Source: Geosiphon pyriformis uo1 (Eukaryota; Fungi; Glomeromycota). Taken from it: a DNA stretch of 64,000 bases. Made by a program: the position numbers and the translations under genes. The first letter of the stretch is position 1. The number at the start of each line of letters is the position of its first letter. The stretch lies in the NCBI GenBank assembly GCA_016748015.1, contig JAAOMT010000760.1, positions 124,001-188,000 on the forward strand. The letters are read 5' to 3'. This document shows positions 1 through 13,679 of this stretch, piece by piece. The notes under the pieces are model-generated. The model searched no databases and was not told the DNA's origin. It worked only from the letters and a program-made list of their open reading frames with translations.

Positions 1-37
1 ATTAAGCTCGGATGGTATTTAATAAGTATAATAATTA

Positions 38-955
38 CTAAGTTAAAGCTTCCTTTTTAATATATTCCACATCTAGATATGTGACCACAATATTTGTCAA
101 GGTATCCAAGGAACCATCAACCTTTGTGTATTCAGGTTTACTTCTCAATAAGAAATGTGCAAGTCCCCAAGGATGAAATCTACTTTTTCCAAACAGTAAA
201 AAGTATATAGTTAACAGAACACTAGTTGCGAAAGTGAGTGCCTCAGTAATTATTGAGAATGTTGTAAAAGCTTGGAATTCTTTCGTTCGTTCGATGAGGA
301 ATTGGTTTGGTCGAACTTCAATAGTGCTGGTTCCGTTTTGTGGGTTTGGATCATAGGCTTGTTCAATGAGCTGGTCTTTGAAAAAAGTCTGACTTTTGCC
401 GTTGAGATAGGTTCGTCTCTCAACTAAATAGGAAATGTGAATTTTGTTCCCAGATCCGGTGTAAATCCACGGCAAGTCCTGCATGTCTGGATTATCAAGT
501 GGTTCGAACAAGACGATGGCAAATGAAGCTTTGGGAAATATTGTCTGGTATTTTTTGTCGATAAAATAGCTGATCACAATTTCTAAGTTCCCCCACTGGG
601 GGAGATGGCCATTTTCCATGGGTTGATGTGGGTACACTATTGGATCAGTGGTATTGATGGTCCAGCAATTGTTCAAAGCCCCTGCAACTCCCAATTTGCT
701 CTCAGGCATGGAAAAGTTTGTATTGCTCTGTGGCCACATTGGGCCCGAGGTAATTTGGGCTTTGACATACGCACCGTCCAAGCATATTAGGAGTCCGGGC
801 ATTGAAAGTTTCGGTGAGTTTTCAGGTTTTAAATATTGTATAAGGGTCGGCTGGTTTTTAAACCTATCATATTTGTAGAGGATGTATTCAACTAGCACAA
901 AGGCAAGTACTCCTATGGTAATAAACTGGGCAAAAATAATTCGATTAAAGAGCAT
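38..955 (-). CDS. Two-transmembrane protein (305 aa) with DEG/ENaC-like extracellular motifs
   Basis: Intact single-exon ORF. Hydrophobic helix at residues ~6-27 and a second near the C-terminus (FSIITEALTFATSVLLTIYFLLFG) followed by PWG. Motifs LSMPGLLIC, NNCWTIN, GNLEIVI and ERRTYL occur in DEG/ENaC order. The CDS is solid; the channel call is inference. Confidence 0.8.
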   Translation of the reverse strand: MLFNRIIFAQFITIGVLAFVLVEYILYKYDRFKNQPTLIQYLKPENSPKLSMPGLLICLDGAYVKAQITSGPMWPQSNTNFSMPESKLGVAGALNNCWTINTTDPIVYPHQPMENGHLPQWGNLEIVISYFIDKKYQTIFPKASFAIVLFEPLDNPDMQDLPWIYTGSGNKIHISYLVERRTYLNGKSQTFFKDQLIEQAYDPNPQNGTSTIEVRPNQFLIERTKEFQAFTTFSIITEALTFATSVLLTIYFLLFGKSRFHPWGLAHFLLRSKPEYTKVDGSLDTLTNIVVTYLDVEYIKKEALT

Positions 956-3132
956 CTTTTACTTTTTTTCGTTTGGGTATGATATCTTTTATACAAAATC
1001 AAAAGAATATCATGCTAATGCACCTCATAATGGTTGATCCTGTCTTAAATTTGGTAATCTTTGGCAAATAAAAGACGAAAAAGGAAATGGCTTACTAAGT
1101 ATGGCATCAAGAGGTAACGGATGCAGAAAAGCGGCCGTGAAATTGTTTTTGTTTTAGAAAATTTATCATACTAGTAATTTGCTGGTTAATAAAATTTTCT
1201 AACTTTTAAATTACCAATTTCATAATTTATTATATCTTTGTGTCGTTAAATTCAAACATTTAATTTTAAGAAATTTTAATGGTCATTATTAAAAATTTAA
1301 ATTAAATTAATTAATTCAAATATAAAAGAATCCAATTTAGGTAGGGATTATACAATTTTGTTCTGCGTTATGTAAAAACAATTATTAGAAAACTAAAGAA
1401 CAATACAAATACCTTATTTAGTCTAAAAAAGAATCTATATTTAAATTTGAATCTTAAAATATGGAAAAACATTTGATTTTAAAAGATATTAATTATATAT
1501 GTAGTTTCGTTTTCTTAATACTCTTTAATGATAGCTTGGAACATAATTCTCACTTTATTCTGGTTTTATAACCTCTTTTAAAAAATTTGGATAATAAAAA
1601 ATAATATGCAAGAAATCTTTATAAAAATAGAGTTACAAAATATAATTCCTTGGCATAAACTTTAAAAGATAGACAATGTCAATATTTTTGTATTATTTTT
1701 CCAAGAGTTAATATTCATCTTATAAAAAATTATAAGAATCTAGTGCAAGAATTCACATTTTCTTATCGGATTAATTTTTTAAATTTTTAAATTTTAATCG
1801 TTTAAGAATACATCTACTTTGTAATTATTTCACCTTCTAAATATTTGCTTAAAAGCTTAATATGAAAGAGGGGAAATCTTTATTTCGCTTAGGCTATTAA
1901 TTATAACTTATTCAGATTGTTAAAAAAAATATAAAATTGAAAAACAAAAAATCGCCACTTTAATACCTTCTGACATACCAATAACTTATCTCCATCTAAA
2001 ATTCTGGTAAAACATTCATAATTACAGCATGTTTCAGTTATTATTAAGAGAAATTTAAACATGACAAAAATATTATAAAAATAAAAATATTGAGAAACTA
2101 AAAAGAAAATCAATCTCAAATACTTTTCCAAAAAATAAAATTATTTTTTGAAATTTGAGAAAAAACATAATTTTATTATATAATAATATAAATAAGCCTT
2201 GGAGCTATTTTATAAATATAAATCATTTAAACAAAATTGTAGCAACTTTTTAAATTACACTGGTTTTTGTATTTCAATTCACCCCAAAATTAAGAAAATA
2301 AATTTTGGTTGTTATATTTTTTTAAATTAATATGAATACTTTTGTAATTAAAAATAGTTAAGTGTTATTTTTATGCACCCTTTCTTGTTAATTCTTCAGA
2401 CATTTTTACAATGTCTTTATTGCTTGTTTTATTAGAATTCAATAGTTCATAAGCTAAGTTATTCTCTAGCTGACAAAGTTAATTTTGGGGAATCAAAAAT
2501 ATTACCTTAGAATACAAAATTCGATTATTTAATGAGGTCACAGTAATCAAGCAAATTAATGTGTCCTATTTGTGGGGCAACCCCATTCTTGTTAAGAAGC
2601 AGAATAATTCTAGGTTAGATGCTTTTCGAAGCTTAAGAGCTCCGAAGGAGAAAAAATACGGTCAAATGGTGTGCAACTCTTTTTATTATCAAGCCCTTTT
2701 TGTTTCACGAAATCTTGGAATTATAAATTGATCATCTATTTTTTTATTAATAGAAAAATTTGCAACATGCTCCAAGCTAATGCTTTCTTTTATCATTATA
2801 ATATATCGCAATTAAAAGGGATTTTTTATATATCAACTCCATTAGGAATGTGTTGTAGTACCCATATAGAGCTCAAAAGTGTTAATCACAAAGAGAATGG
2901 AAATTACAATGTATACAAATGGATTAATGAGCCAGCATTTGCATGGATTCAGTACTTATTGGATGGTGAAACGTTAAGACATACCTTGTTTATAATCCTT
3001 TATTGGGGTTATCCTTTTTATCTATTTTTAATTGTTAACTTCCAAACAAAGGTTTCTGAGTAGTTTATTTCATTTATAGTAACCATGAGAATGCACATTT
3101 TATTAGTCATTAAATAACAGAAAATAACTCAA

Positions 3133-4590
3133 ACTCCAGTAAATTATCAATTAGCTATTTGTGATCTAAAAATATTGACTTTGGCTAAATTTTTCGCTAA
3201 AGTTTCTTGCGCTCGCTATTGAAATTTCAAAAGTAGCTTGCTTTTGAAAAATAGATCCCTTTCTCTTTAAGTTTGGATATATTTTTAAATCTAAAAACTC
3301 TCCCTGTTTCATAGATTACAATAACCTCATGTCGATAGGTTAAAATATTTTATTATTCTCTTAAAATGAAAATGAAATTCTTATTCTAATAGAAAAAAAC
3401 GACTATTTGATTGGATTTAATTCCCTGCTGTTTTGCTCAATAATCATCTCAAAATTGTAAATAGTTTGTTTGTTTTCAAAAATTCTGAATTAATTCCTCA
3501 TAATAATCTTGTAAAATATATTGCCATGTATTATTTTGTTTTGTGAATGAAACTCTCGGATTTTTAATATAACAAGTTAGGAAGGGGACTATTTCGGTGA
3601 CCCAATTACTTTTCATGGATTTGAGACTATGACAAAATTAGGACAATTTTCCCAAGCCATAAAGAATTTTAAAGATTACAGCAATACTAAAGGCCTTAAA
3701 ATTGTACCCGCGTGGTTACTTTTAACAATAAAAGACATTCGTCTCTGTTTAATTTATTATTTAGTTAAAGAGCGACTTGAAAATTTGAGATGTATACAAA
3801 AATGGATAGTCAAAAAGATCTTACTAAAAATGATTGTAATTTAGTTGTCGAAAATCGATTATTAAAATGTTCTGAACGTCAAATTCTCAGGGAAATTCAA
3901 AAAGAAAGATGCCAAAACATCTGCTTACTGCCGAAATCACGAATTTCTATCTTCATTAGAATTTAATGAAAACTCTGAAAAAAAACAATGTTAAATCCTA
4001 TGTAATGCGCAATAAACTAATAATTAACGAATTAAACGTTTAAACCTACAAGCATTGGATCAAAGAGGAAAATCTCGCACATAGTGTCGTAAAAGTGAGC
4101 TTCACAGCCCTGATCATACACAAGCAAACGTTAAAAGTGGACGTAAATCGATAATGGTACGGGGATGTATCTCCTCACGTATGACTGGTGAAGCATATGA
4201 TTATGACCGCCAAAGAAGGAAGATAACGTTCCAATTCACAATTACAAGCTTGTGAAAGAACTCAAAGATGATCTTGGAATGGCCTTCACAATCACCCGAT
4301 CTTAGCCCAATAGAAAATATATGGAAGGAACTTAAAAATTATATTCACCAAAACCAAAAATCATGAGCAGAAGAAGACATACTGAATGGAATGCTATTCC
4401 ATTAAAGACAATTCTTTAATTTATTGACTCGATGCTAAAAACGTGTTAAAGAAATTGCAAAAAGAAATGATTATTCAACCTATTAGTAGACGTTTGTTTT
4501 CCAATACTCTTTATCAGGTAAAAATAACCGTTATCATTTAGAAAATAGGATTGGGTGAATATTTGGATAAAAACATATTTTACTGGGGTA
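3133..4590 (+). mobile_element. Degenerate Tc1/mariner DNA transposon (transposase pseudogene ending at 4486)
   Basis: Manual translation gives KSIMVRGCIS (~4150; normally VWGCIS), EDNVPIH (~4220), [21 protein letters not shown] (4274-4336) and EWNAIP...DSM...STY* (to 4486). Possible TIR pair 3133-3147 / 4575-4589 (13/15 match); the ends are less certain than the transposase. Confidence 0.8.
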
Positions 4591-4884
4591 AGTTAAAAGT
4601 TACATCATTGGCAGCATTTTTTTTGAATGACAAAATCCTAGATATTTGATGTGAAAATTCTTTCTACAAAGTATTAATATGATTTCATATATAATTTTTT
4701 TTTGAGCTTGGAGTTTAGTCTCAACTTATGATCTTTTATTAATATATTTATACAAGAAATATTACAAATTAAAGCTGTTATTCTCTCACGAACATAATTA
4801 TATTATATATTAATTTTTTACACATGGTCCGCAATCGGCTTTAGTTTCTGAAATTCACACTATTGGAATAAGATTCTGCAAGTG

Positions 4885-7669
4885 CTATGATCCAGGTGTA
4901 CAATGTTCAACATCTTGATTCGAATTTCCCCACCAAATGGGGAAAGATTTCTTCGGGAATCCTGTAACCGTAGCGAAAATAAACATACCACATATTGCCG
5001 TACCAGAATCTAATGCTGCTGCCAGCACATAATTATATTTTCGGAACCAGCTCACTTGATATCTCGCTGCGTAGAATTGTGATAAAGCACTAGCTATTAG
5101 ACCTGAAATTATTACGTTTGTAGGAACTTGTGGGACAATATAAGCACCAGCCGCGATGATCGGAACATTGATTAAATCAAATCCGGCATTTGGAAATTTT
5201 TTGGCCAATAGGTAAAACGGAATTGGAAGGAAGAAACCAATGGCGAATCCAAAGAGACAACTATAATATATAGATCCTGGACCGAAAAATCTAGCAGGAC
5301 CTATTAGTCCCCATACAATCGAAGCAGAATTGAAAACCGCGGGAGCTCGACCAGTCCATTGGCCAGTGGGGTCAAGCTCAGTGCCATCGAGATAGGAACG
5401 TTTGGCGTCAATGACAGCGTTAAGTACGAAATAATTAACAAATGCCCCGATCACAGTTCCATAAATCTGTGTGATGAACATGGCACGTGGTGGTATTTTC
5501 ATGTAGTGTCCAAGTTTTAGGTCTCGAACCATTACCAAACATTGTACTACTGTCATATACCCATAGGTTTTAAATATGACATTAGCGATTGGACGACCAG
5601 GTAAAATATAGCCGCATATCAATTCCGTTAAAACGTTTAATCCTATTTGAGTGTTCGAGATAGCTTGAATGATTCCGATCGGTAATACCATGATACAAGC
5701 AATGAAAATGGCCAGCGGGATACCCCACCAAGGTAAATTTACAGGATAAACCTGGCTAAGGATGATAGCGATAATTGTCATTGATATACCGATAAATCCA
5801 TACCACAAATTTGGTACTTCGGGATAAACCTCCATCAGCTTAGTATGAATATCCGGTTCGTCCTTACGTGAATCTCGAAATCGATCCAAAATCTCTTTCC
5901 CATAATAGAGATAAACGTGTGTGATGAGAGCCGTCAGTGCAGCAAATGAAATTGCATAACAGAAGGCAAAATACGGCGAGATGTACAATCTTCCGTAAGT
6001 TTCATATTTGACCGGGTCGAACTGATTATTTGTGATAATAGCATTTTGATCATACAAGGCTCCGCTTTTTTGATAAATACCGTGTCCTACTGGCGGATAA
6101 TTTTGGGCGTTCCAAAAATTACCATAATAAATAATTGGACCGATGAACCAAGCCATTAGCACTATTCCAAAATACCAATTCGCTGTAGCCCACCATGGTG
6201 AATAGAGAGGTCCAAAGGCACCCATGACGTTCCAGTCAAATGAAATGTTCAAAAATCCAAAGCCACCCCCAAGGGCTGACCCCAAAGTTGTCAAGACCAT
6301 ATTATGATTATCAAATAAGCAAAGAATCGCTAAACTACTTAAGGTAGGAAAGAAAAGTGTTGGGACAAGTTCCCAGAGAAATGTCAAAATGAGAGCTATC
6401 ACGAAAAATTTGGATTTGGAACCGGATGCCAGCCCAGTGTTTTCATGTAATGTATTGAATAGGGCCACTTGTAACAAGTTGATTGGCCAAACCATGGAAG
6501 CTGGATAGACCAAAAATTTTCTCATCGCCCCGGCCAATCCATATCCAAGTAATTGTGTTGAACATAGTAAAAGAAGACTACCGACTACCCCAATACTTTG
6601 ATGATAAAATAAAGTCTGTATTGCTAAAAAATCAGTTGCGTATGCTGAGACACCACCTGCACTTGCTGCCACACTAATGAGCACATGTTCTTTGATATTG
6701 AAGGGACCCGGATTCAGTGTCCATTGCCAACCAAAAATGGTACTTTTGATTTCAATTTCAATTATCATTTTAATTAGCTTGAAGTAAATTCAGAGTGAAA
6801 TTCAACATTATTCATAAAATAAAAACTTACAAATATCGGGTCGGTAAAATAGACGCCATAAAGTTTCCCATTGGATAGGTTGCCAATTGAACAAACGGTA
6901 TAGAAAAACTTAGCGAATTCGATCGAAACCAATAATACTGTGAAATTGCCGCACCTAAAGTAGTAAATAGTGTGCTCAAAATCCAAAATCGAAATGTCAG
7001 GGAAGGTAATGAAGAGTTATCGGTTGATGAAACAATAGCATTCACTATTGCCGTTGATGAATTCTTTCGGTTCCTTTTGTTGCCAATTGCAGATGCTCTG
7101 TCCGATAAATTAGCTGGTAAGCCTTTATCAGAAGTTCCATCATATTCAACTTCCGTGTGATCATCATCGTCGCCGTAAGATGCTGACTCACTTATCTCGT
7201 CAGGGTAAGTTTGTTTTTCTAAGTCTGAACTGCCATCATTTGAATTAAGTTCTAATTCCAATTCTGGTGTTGGTGGATATACTGGTATATCAAAGTAATC
7301 ATTGGAATAAATGTCCGAGTCAGCTGTTTCACTATTCCCTCGCAAGACTGTTTGTGTCAACTGATTTGGATTAGCTCTTGATTCACTACTTCCTTGCGAA
7401 ACCGTTTCAATTGACTTTGAATATGGTCCTCTTTGTCTTGATAATGAAGAGGATTTTATCGATGACGGTGTATCTGAAGCCTTTGAAAATCTTGATTGAT
7501 CTGGGGAAAGTATAACTTCTTCTGAAAATCTCACATGTTGTGAAAATTTTCGCTGCATTTGGGGCAGTTCAGTATTTCCATCGTCTTCAATTTCTCGCGT
7601 TCCCGATGTTGAATTGGTTAAGATTGAAATAGGTCTTGTCTCTTTTTTTCTTTGGAAATATGGGTCCAT
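4885..7669 (-). CDS. OPT-family oligopeptide transporter (~898 aa, 2 exons: 7669-6831, 6742-4885)
   Basis: LTFRFW, NPGPFNIKEH and KLGHYMKIPPR signature motifs; many TM helices. An 88-nt GTAAG..CTAAT..AAAG intron (6830-6743) joins the two ORFs in frame (PTRYF|TIFGW). Confidence 0.95.
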
Positions 7670-10133
7670 TATTTTAATGAAATTGTCTTTGTAATGAAGA
7701 TTTTTTCCGAGAACTATATCGTTTCTTCCAAAAATTATGGATCAATAATGATAGAAAGTAGCAATATTTTCTCCTTAGATGTTGGAAATATTGAAAAAGT
7801 GGGAAATATACAGTGTAGTGGTCGATAAAGAACCAAACTCGTTAGTGGCTACAAACAGTTTTTGTTAGACCAAAAAGGACAAGTTAGTTATATGTTTGCT
7901 TTGCCAGACAAGGAGAAAGAAGAGGTAAAAAAAGGGCCGAAACAAAAATGGCCTGAAAAAGAACACGAGAGAAATCAACCAATCTTTTGGTAGTGGGTTT
8001 GAAAAGTCATGTGTTTTATTGAAGCAATTCAAAAATACGTACTTTAAAAAGCGTGCTAACAGTAAATACTTTTTGATTAATCGAGAGAATGAGGCAGAAT
8101 GGAACAACTAAATTCAAAATTAAAATGTAGGAGCTCGGCGTTATAGTGCGGTGTTTTAGTTAGCTGACAGACAAATAACAGTTGCTCTCTGAACCCTAAA
8201 AGTTTTTGTAAAAAATTAAAAAACTAGTTCTAATTTAAAAATTGAGGTGCCCTCTCCTCAGTTAATATATGATTTTGGTTTTGAGGGTAATTTTTAGTGT
8301 AACATTTTCTTTGCTTAAAATATTAAAAGTCAAATGCAATGTACGTAGAACGAAATTTATAAAGCCCGAGCTGAAACGCGATATTTTGACGATCCTATTT
8401 TTACACAATAAATGGCGGGTATTTAAACTGGAATGACTAGCTGCTGATATCCGTTAGTATTTTCGTGATACTCTGTAAGGCACTAAGCTTTTCCCCGGCC
8501 ATTGTTTTAATGAGAACTGCGGATTGACTAATAAAATTACATTTATTGTATTGTTGTTCACATTTAAAAAATGTATTGTTTTATGTACTAGTGCAACTTC
8601 AAAGTTGAAACTTGTGGATCAAAAAGAATGAAAGAAATAACGAACTTTATTATGAGTTTCAAAATATTTCCCCCAAGTTTCAAAATTATTAATATTATAT
8701 ATAATATTTTATTAAATTTAAAGTTAGATCCGGTTCTCAAAGTTTTCCTTCCCAGTGAAAAAAACTTTAAAAGATAGTTGTGTTTTCAAGACTAAGCAGG
8801 TATATTCAAAGTTCTAGAAGTTTTCATAGCAATCAACTGGTTTTAATTTCTGGTTATTCATATTTTGTGAAAGCTTGAAATATAGATTAAAGATTTTTAG
8901 TTTCAAAAAAATGAAAATTGAAAGCCTTCAAATATTTTTCAAAAATCTATAAATTTTCAATATTATCTATAGGAGAAATACGTTTTTCTGGTTTGAATAT
9001 TTTTGAACTTTCGTGCCTTACCATGAAATCAAAAAATTAGTTTCTATTATTTCAATAAATAAATGTTGAAAAAATCTTTTTTCCGATAGTTTAAAATCCC
9101 TGATTCTTAAAACTTTATATAGTGTAATAAGAAAACTCTAGCTTCAAACTTTTATAATTTCTTTGAGTTAAAATTTTGATTGCAGAGAAGGATTTGAAAT
9201 ATTCCAAATATTGGATCATATATTGGATGATGATGAAAAGATTTGCTATTTATTAACATGGATAAAGTCATGTTTTGGTTAAAACTCTAACTTGTTTTTG
9301 GACTAATATAAGTTCTATTTATTTTATAATTTTTAAATTTTTAGCAATATGTTTAAAAGATCAACTTACTTTACAAACACAATAAAAAAGGAAAATTGGT
9401 TTTTTTAATAAGAATAATAAACAAACGGGAAAAGAAGGCTTTCATCCCTACAATGATCTGCATAGACTTTCTAGGGATCTTTGTGCAACCGAATGTTTTT
9501 TTGCTTATAAAACTCTTTTTAGCTAATCTTTATAATTCAAGGCCCAACAAGTCAAACAAAAGACAATAAATTTTTTTAGCTTATTAAGAGAGATTTCCTA
9601 CTGTCACCTTTTAGTATAACAAAGTAAGTGACGTAAACTTCATTTGGGAATATTGTACAAACATCTAAAAAGATAACAATGCATAGCAGATCATATTATA
9701 ATTAATTTAATTAATAAACTGGGGACACCAAATTAGCTGCATTTTTTTTGGCTAATGAGATATAAATAGGGTAAGCCTTTTTAATCGTGCCATTAAAAGA
9801 AATTCTTTAACCAACTGGTGATGTCTAAATTAAATAATTGCATACGCAAAAAATTATTTTGAAAAAAATGGTTTTTTTTTAATATGTAGGCAACCAAAAT
9901 GTTTTTTACTTGCATGTAAAATATGAGTTTTTGAATTAATATTATCCTTCACATTTTTAAGCATTGTGTAAATACAATATTAATATAGGAAAAAAACTCA
10001 AAAATATCAATATTGTGTAAAAAATTCGAGCTCTTCAAAATGAAAGGAGAATTCTGTTCAGATGTCCCATTTTGATAAGAAAAAAAAAGGATCAGGAAAA
10101 AATTTCTTCGTGTGAATTATCTTTAAGTCATAA

Positions 10134-10184
<51 letters not shown>
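10134..10184. repeat. (AAT)11(ATT)6 microsatellite forming a palindrome
   Basis: Read directly; the repeat switches strand at AATATT (10164-10169). Confidence 0.9.
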
Positions 10185-10185
<1 letters not shown>

Positions 10186-13100
10186 AGCTCTTCTGAACTT
10201 GGATAATCGAATAAAAATTATATTTACATGCAATAGTCTTTTAAATCTTAAGACGTTTAAACCATTGAAACCATGTTTAATTATTCAAGATCTCAAAGAT
10301 GACCCATTACATCATATTTAGAACCTTGAATATTTTATTTATTGATATGGTAATCCTGAATTTGTCCCTCAGATAATAAACTCTCTTAATTATTTCTTGG
10401 GGAATTGGGAAATAACTTTCTGAGGTTTACAATGAAGATGCGTTTTACTTTCAAACGCCCAATATTTTGGGTATTTACCTTTTCAAGTTTCTGGGATGAA
10501 ATAAAATCAAAAAGACATTCAAATCTTTTTATGATACTCGAAATTTTAATATAAAAATACAACAATTTACGTAGAAATGTCGATGAATTTAATAATATAA
10601 ATTTTCCATTTTGCAAATTTATTCCCTCTTACCACCACCATTACCAATATATTTTGGCGGCTGAAATTAGCGTAATTTTAATAATAATTTCAAGCTCTCG
10701 ACATAAATTAAAATTTTAAATTTCACTTATGTTTTGAAATATTAAATGAGAAAATCAAAAACCTTTTTAGCATTTATTTTGGAAAATTGCTCAATAAAAA
10801 GGATTTTTTCGAGATCCTGGGTATGTGACCTCAGAGCTCTAAGTTAATCGAAACCAAATAAGTTAATTTTCTAAACAACTATTGCAACTCAATAAACTTG
10901 ATAAGTCTTTAAGATTCGGGATCAGATTTTGAAGTTGATTCGGGCAAATAAGAGAAATAATTTAAAAAACTTTGTGCATTATTTGAAAAGATTAATTTTG
11001 AATATTTAAAAAAATCCATACTTTGGTAAAGCTCATAAAATAAAATTCTAAGTTCATGTAAGCTGAAGTTGTATGAGCTCAGTGTTCAATCATTTTTAAT
11101 AAAGATAAATTTTTTTGCAAGAATAAAGAAATCTTATTTTCTAAATCTAAAATTTTATTCTCAATTTCAAAATTTGAAAAGTATTTCCAAAGTTTATTTT
11201 CTTTACCTTATTTCCCAATATTTTTTTTATGCATTTAGTTTAAAATAACTAATTTTGAAATTAATTTAATCTTGAATTTTTAATTATTTTTATAAACATT
11301 TATTCAAACATGCTAGTAGAATCAATAAACCTTTTTCCTGAGAAATTTCTGCTAAAAATTATGGCTATAAAAATAGTATTCACTTTGAAAATATTTTACA
11401 TATGCAGACTAATTAAAAATTAATAAAAGAGAGCTCTTAGCTTGTCGTTTGTCAATAAATTTTCACCAGCCTATTATTTTTGATTGCTTTAGTCAACTTA
11501 GAAATGAGGCTCGAAGGCTTTGAAATTACTAGCCAACTGACTGAATATTTTCTTGCTTAAAGAATTTTTATGAGAGTCAATATTTAAAAATGAAATTGAC
11601 TTGAAATCGAAGAGAGGGGAATCATCAAATTCAAATTGGAAAGTGGTTTTCTTGTGTGAAAATTCTTTTTAGTACCTGCAAAGATTACATAAAACTTGCT
11701 GCAAATTCTAGGAGCAAATGGAAAGGAATAAAATTTTTATCTTGATTCTAAAATTTATTTTCAACTTGGCAACTTTTTAATTGAATTAAATATATCATCT
11801 TAAATTATAATCTGGCTCAATTGATGAATATTCAAATCTATTATTTAAAATGCAAGACCTGGAAATTAAGCACAGACCTAAAAAAATTTTGCAATTTTAA
11901 TATAATTTAGTGAGTTCTTTATACACCCAGATTTTGAATCTTGATTATTGATCAAATTTTGTGTCTTGTAGATTCAATAAACATTTTTGTCTCTAAATTC
12001 CATTTCAAATTTTATTGATTAGTGTTCTGGTTACCTTCAAAATGGTCTTGATTACTTTGAAGAGAATCCAGTGGGGTTACCTCTCTGCATTACGGAAGTC
12101 ATTTGACGGGAATAATTTGGATATTGATTTAAAGCCATATTGAAACTAGGTGTTTAAAATTATTTTTCAAAATTGCAATAGTTGAAAATAGTTTTTGTTG
12201 AAATAAAAATTTATTAAATTCATTCTCATCATTATTTGTTTGCGATGGGAAAATTGAAATTTATATAATTTAAATTACACTTTTTTATTTTTCATCAAAG
12301 CTATCTTTTCTTTAAGTAATAAAATTAATATAACCAAGAATTTTACTAAAAGTTTTATATATTCATCTATTTGTTTCTAAGAAATTATGAGGTTTTTTTT
12401 TTAATTAAAAATATTTGTAAATCTTACAATATTTAATTTATCAATTGGATTCTTTATACGATATTTTTTTTGCATTTATTTTATTAATTAGATAAATAAT
12501 AGCAAAAATTCTAGAAAATTTTCAACAAAAATGTTTATTGTACAAACTCGCTTTATGAATAACTTATATTGCATTCCAAATTTTTGTCTCAAGATTTTTA
12601 TTTTTTTAAATAATAATTTGCCATTTTCAATCTTGAACATAATTATTTTAGTCAATTATTTTTTTCAAACTGTATTATGCAAACAAAACTAATTAATCTT
12701 TTGGTTCAAATATTACCAACTTAATGTTAAGTCATATGTCCAACAATTTGCATACATTTTATTAAGCATTTTTTCTGCTTTATACATATTTTACTAATCA
12801 AAATATCTGCGACTAATTTACAAAGTTATGTTACTATTAACACTAAAAATTTTATATCTTAATGACTTACATTCAAATTTAAACAAAAAATGTTAAGAAA
12901 AAAACAGTCCTTTCGAAAATATGAAAAAATCATTGCGATACACATATATATTTTTTTCTTTGGCAAATTTAAAGATATTTGAAAAATTTATTCCTAAGGA
13001 GACAAAATTAACCTCTTTGCCTTTTCAACTTTGTTTTAAAAACAAATTTTCATATCAACTGCAGAAGAATATTATCCTCTCTGCAAGAGAAACAAGGGCA

Positions 13101-13432
13101 TATTTTTGATAAGTTTGTTATTGAGTTGCTAATTGTTTATCCTACCCAACAGACTGTTTAGGACCCGCCGGAACATAGGAGATATTTTTGTTTATATTGA
13201 TTATAAAGAAGGAGACCAATTTGAATTGTTTTCACCGAGGTATATTGAACGGAAAAAACAACATACTAACCTTGTCATAAAAAGGGTACAGAAAAAGGAT
13301 AGGTTGAAATCAAAAAATTTCTCCTGTATCATTTGACTGGCTGCTTTGATTGATTTTTAAAGGGTAAGATTTGTTTATTTAGATTCCATTTCTCTTTGTT
13401 AAAGTTTAACGTTTAACGTTTATGACATTTGA

Positions 13433-13477
13433 TCTTTGCATCATTGTTACGTTATTTCTTTGCATCATTGTTACGTT
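13433..13477. repeat. Direct duplication of TCTTTGCATCATTGTTACGTT upstream of the kinase
   Basis: Identical 21-mers at 13433-13453 and 13457-13477; a GTTTAAC tandem lies at 13404-13422. Confidence 0.85.
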
Positions 13478-13679
13478 GTTTCACAATTCACAATGATGCA
13501 TTCATTCATGATTTGTGGATAAGAGGATAAGATAGCATATATAACGTACTCATGGTTCTATATACATATTTTCATTAGCGTTTTTTCATACGTATTATTA
13601 AAAATTATTGGATCCTTGGAAATAAACATTCCCTACTTTTAATACGCATATATTTCAAACAACAAAAAATTTTCAAAAG

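Noticed and set aside
2671-3063. 130-aa ORF
   Set aside because: Non-ATG start, low-complexity first half, no recognisable motif or splice model.
8100-13400. Short ORFs and coding-looking patches between the OPT and kinase genes
   Set aside because: No motif or splice-consistent model was found; an old relic cannot be excluded without a search.
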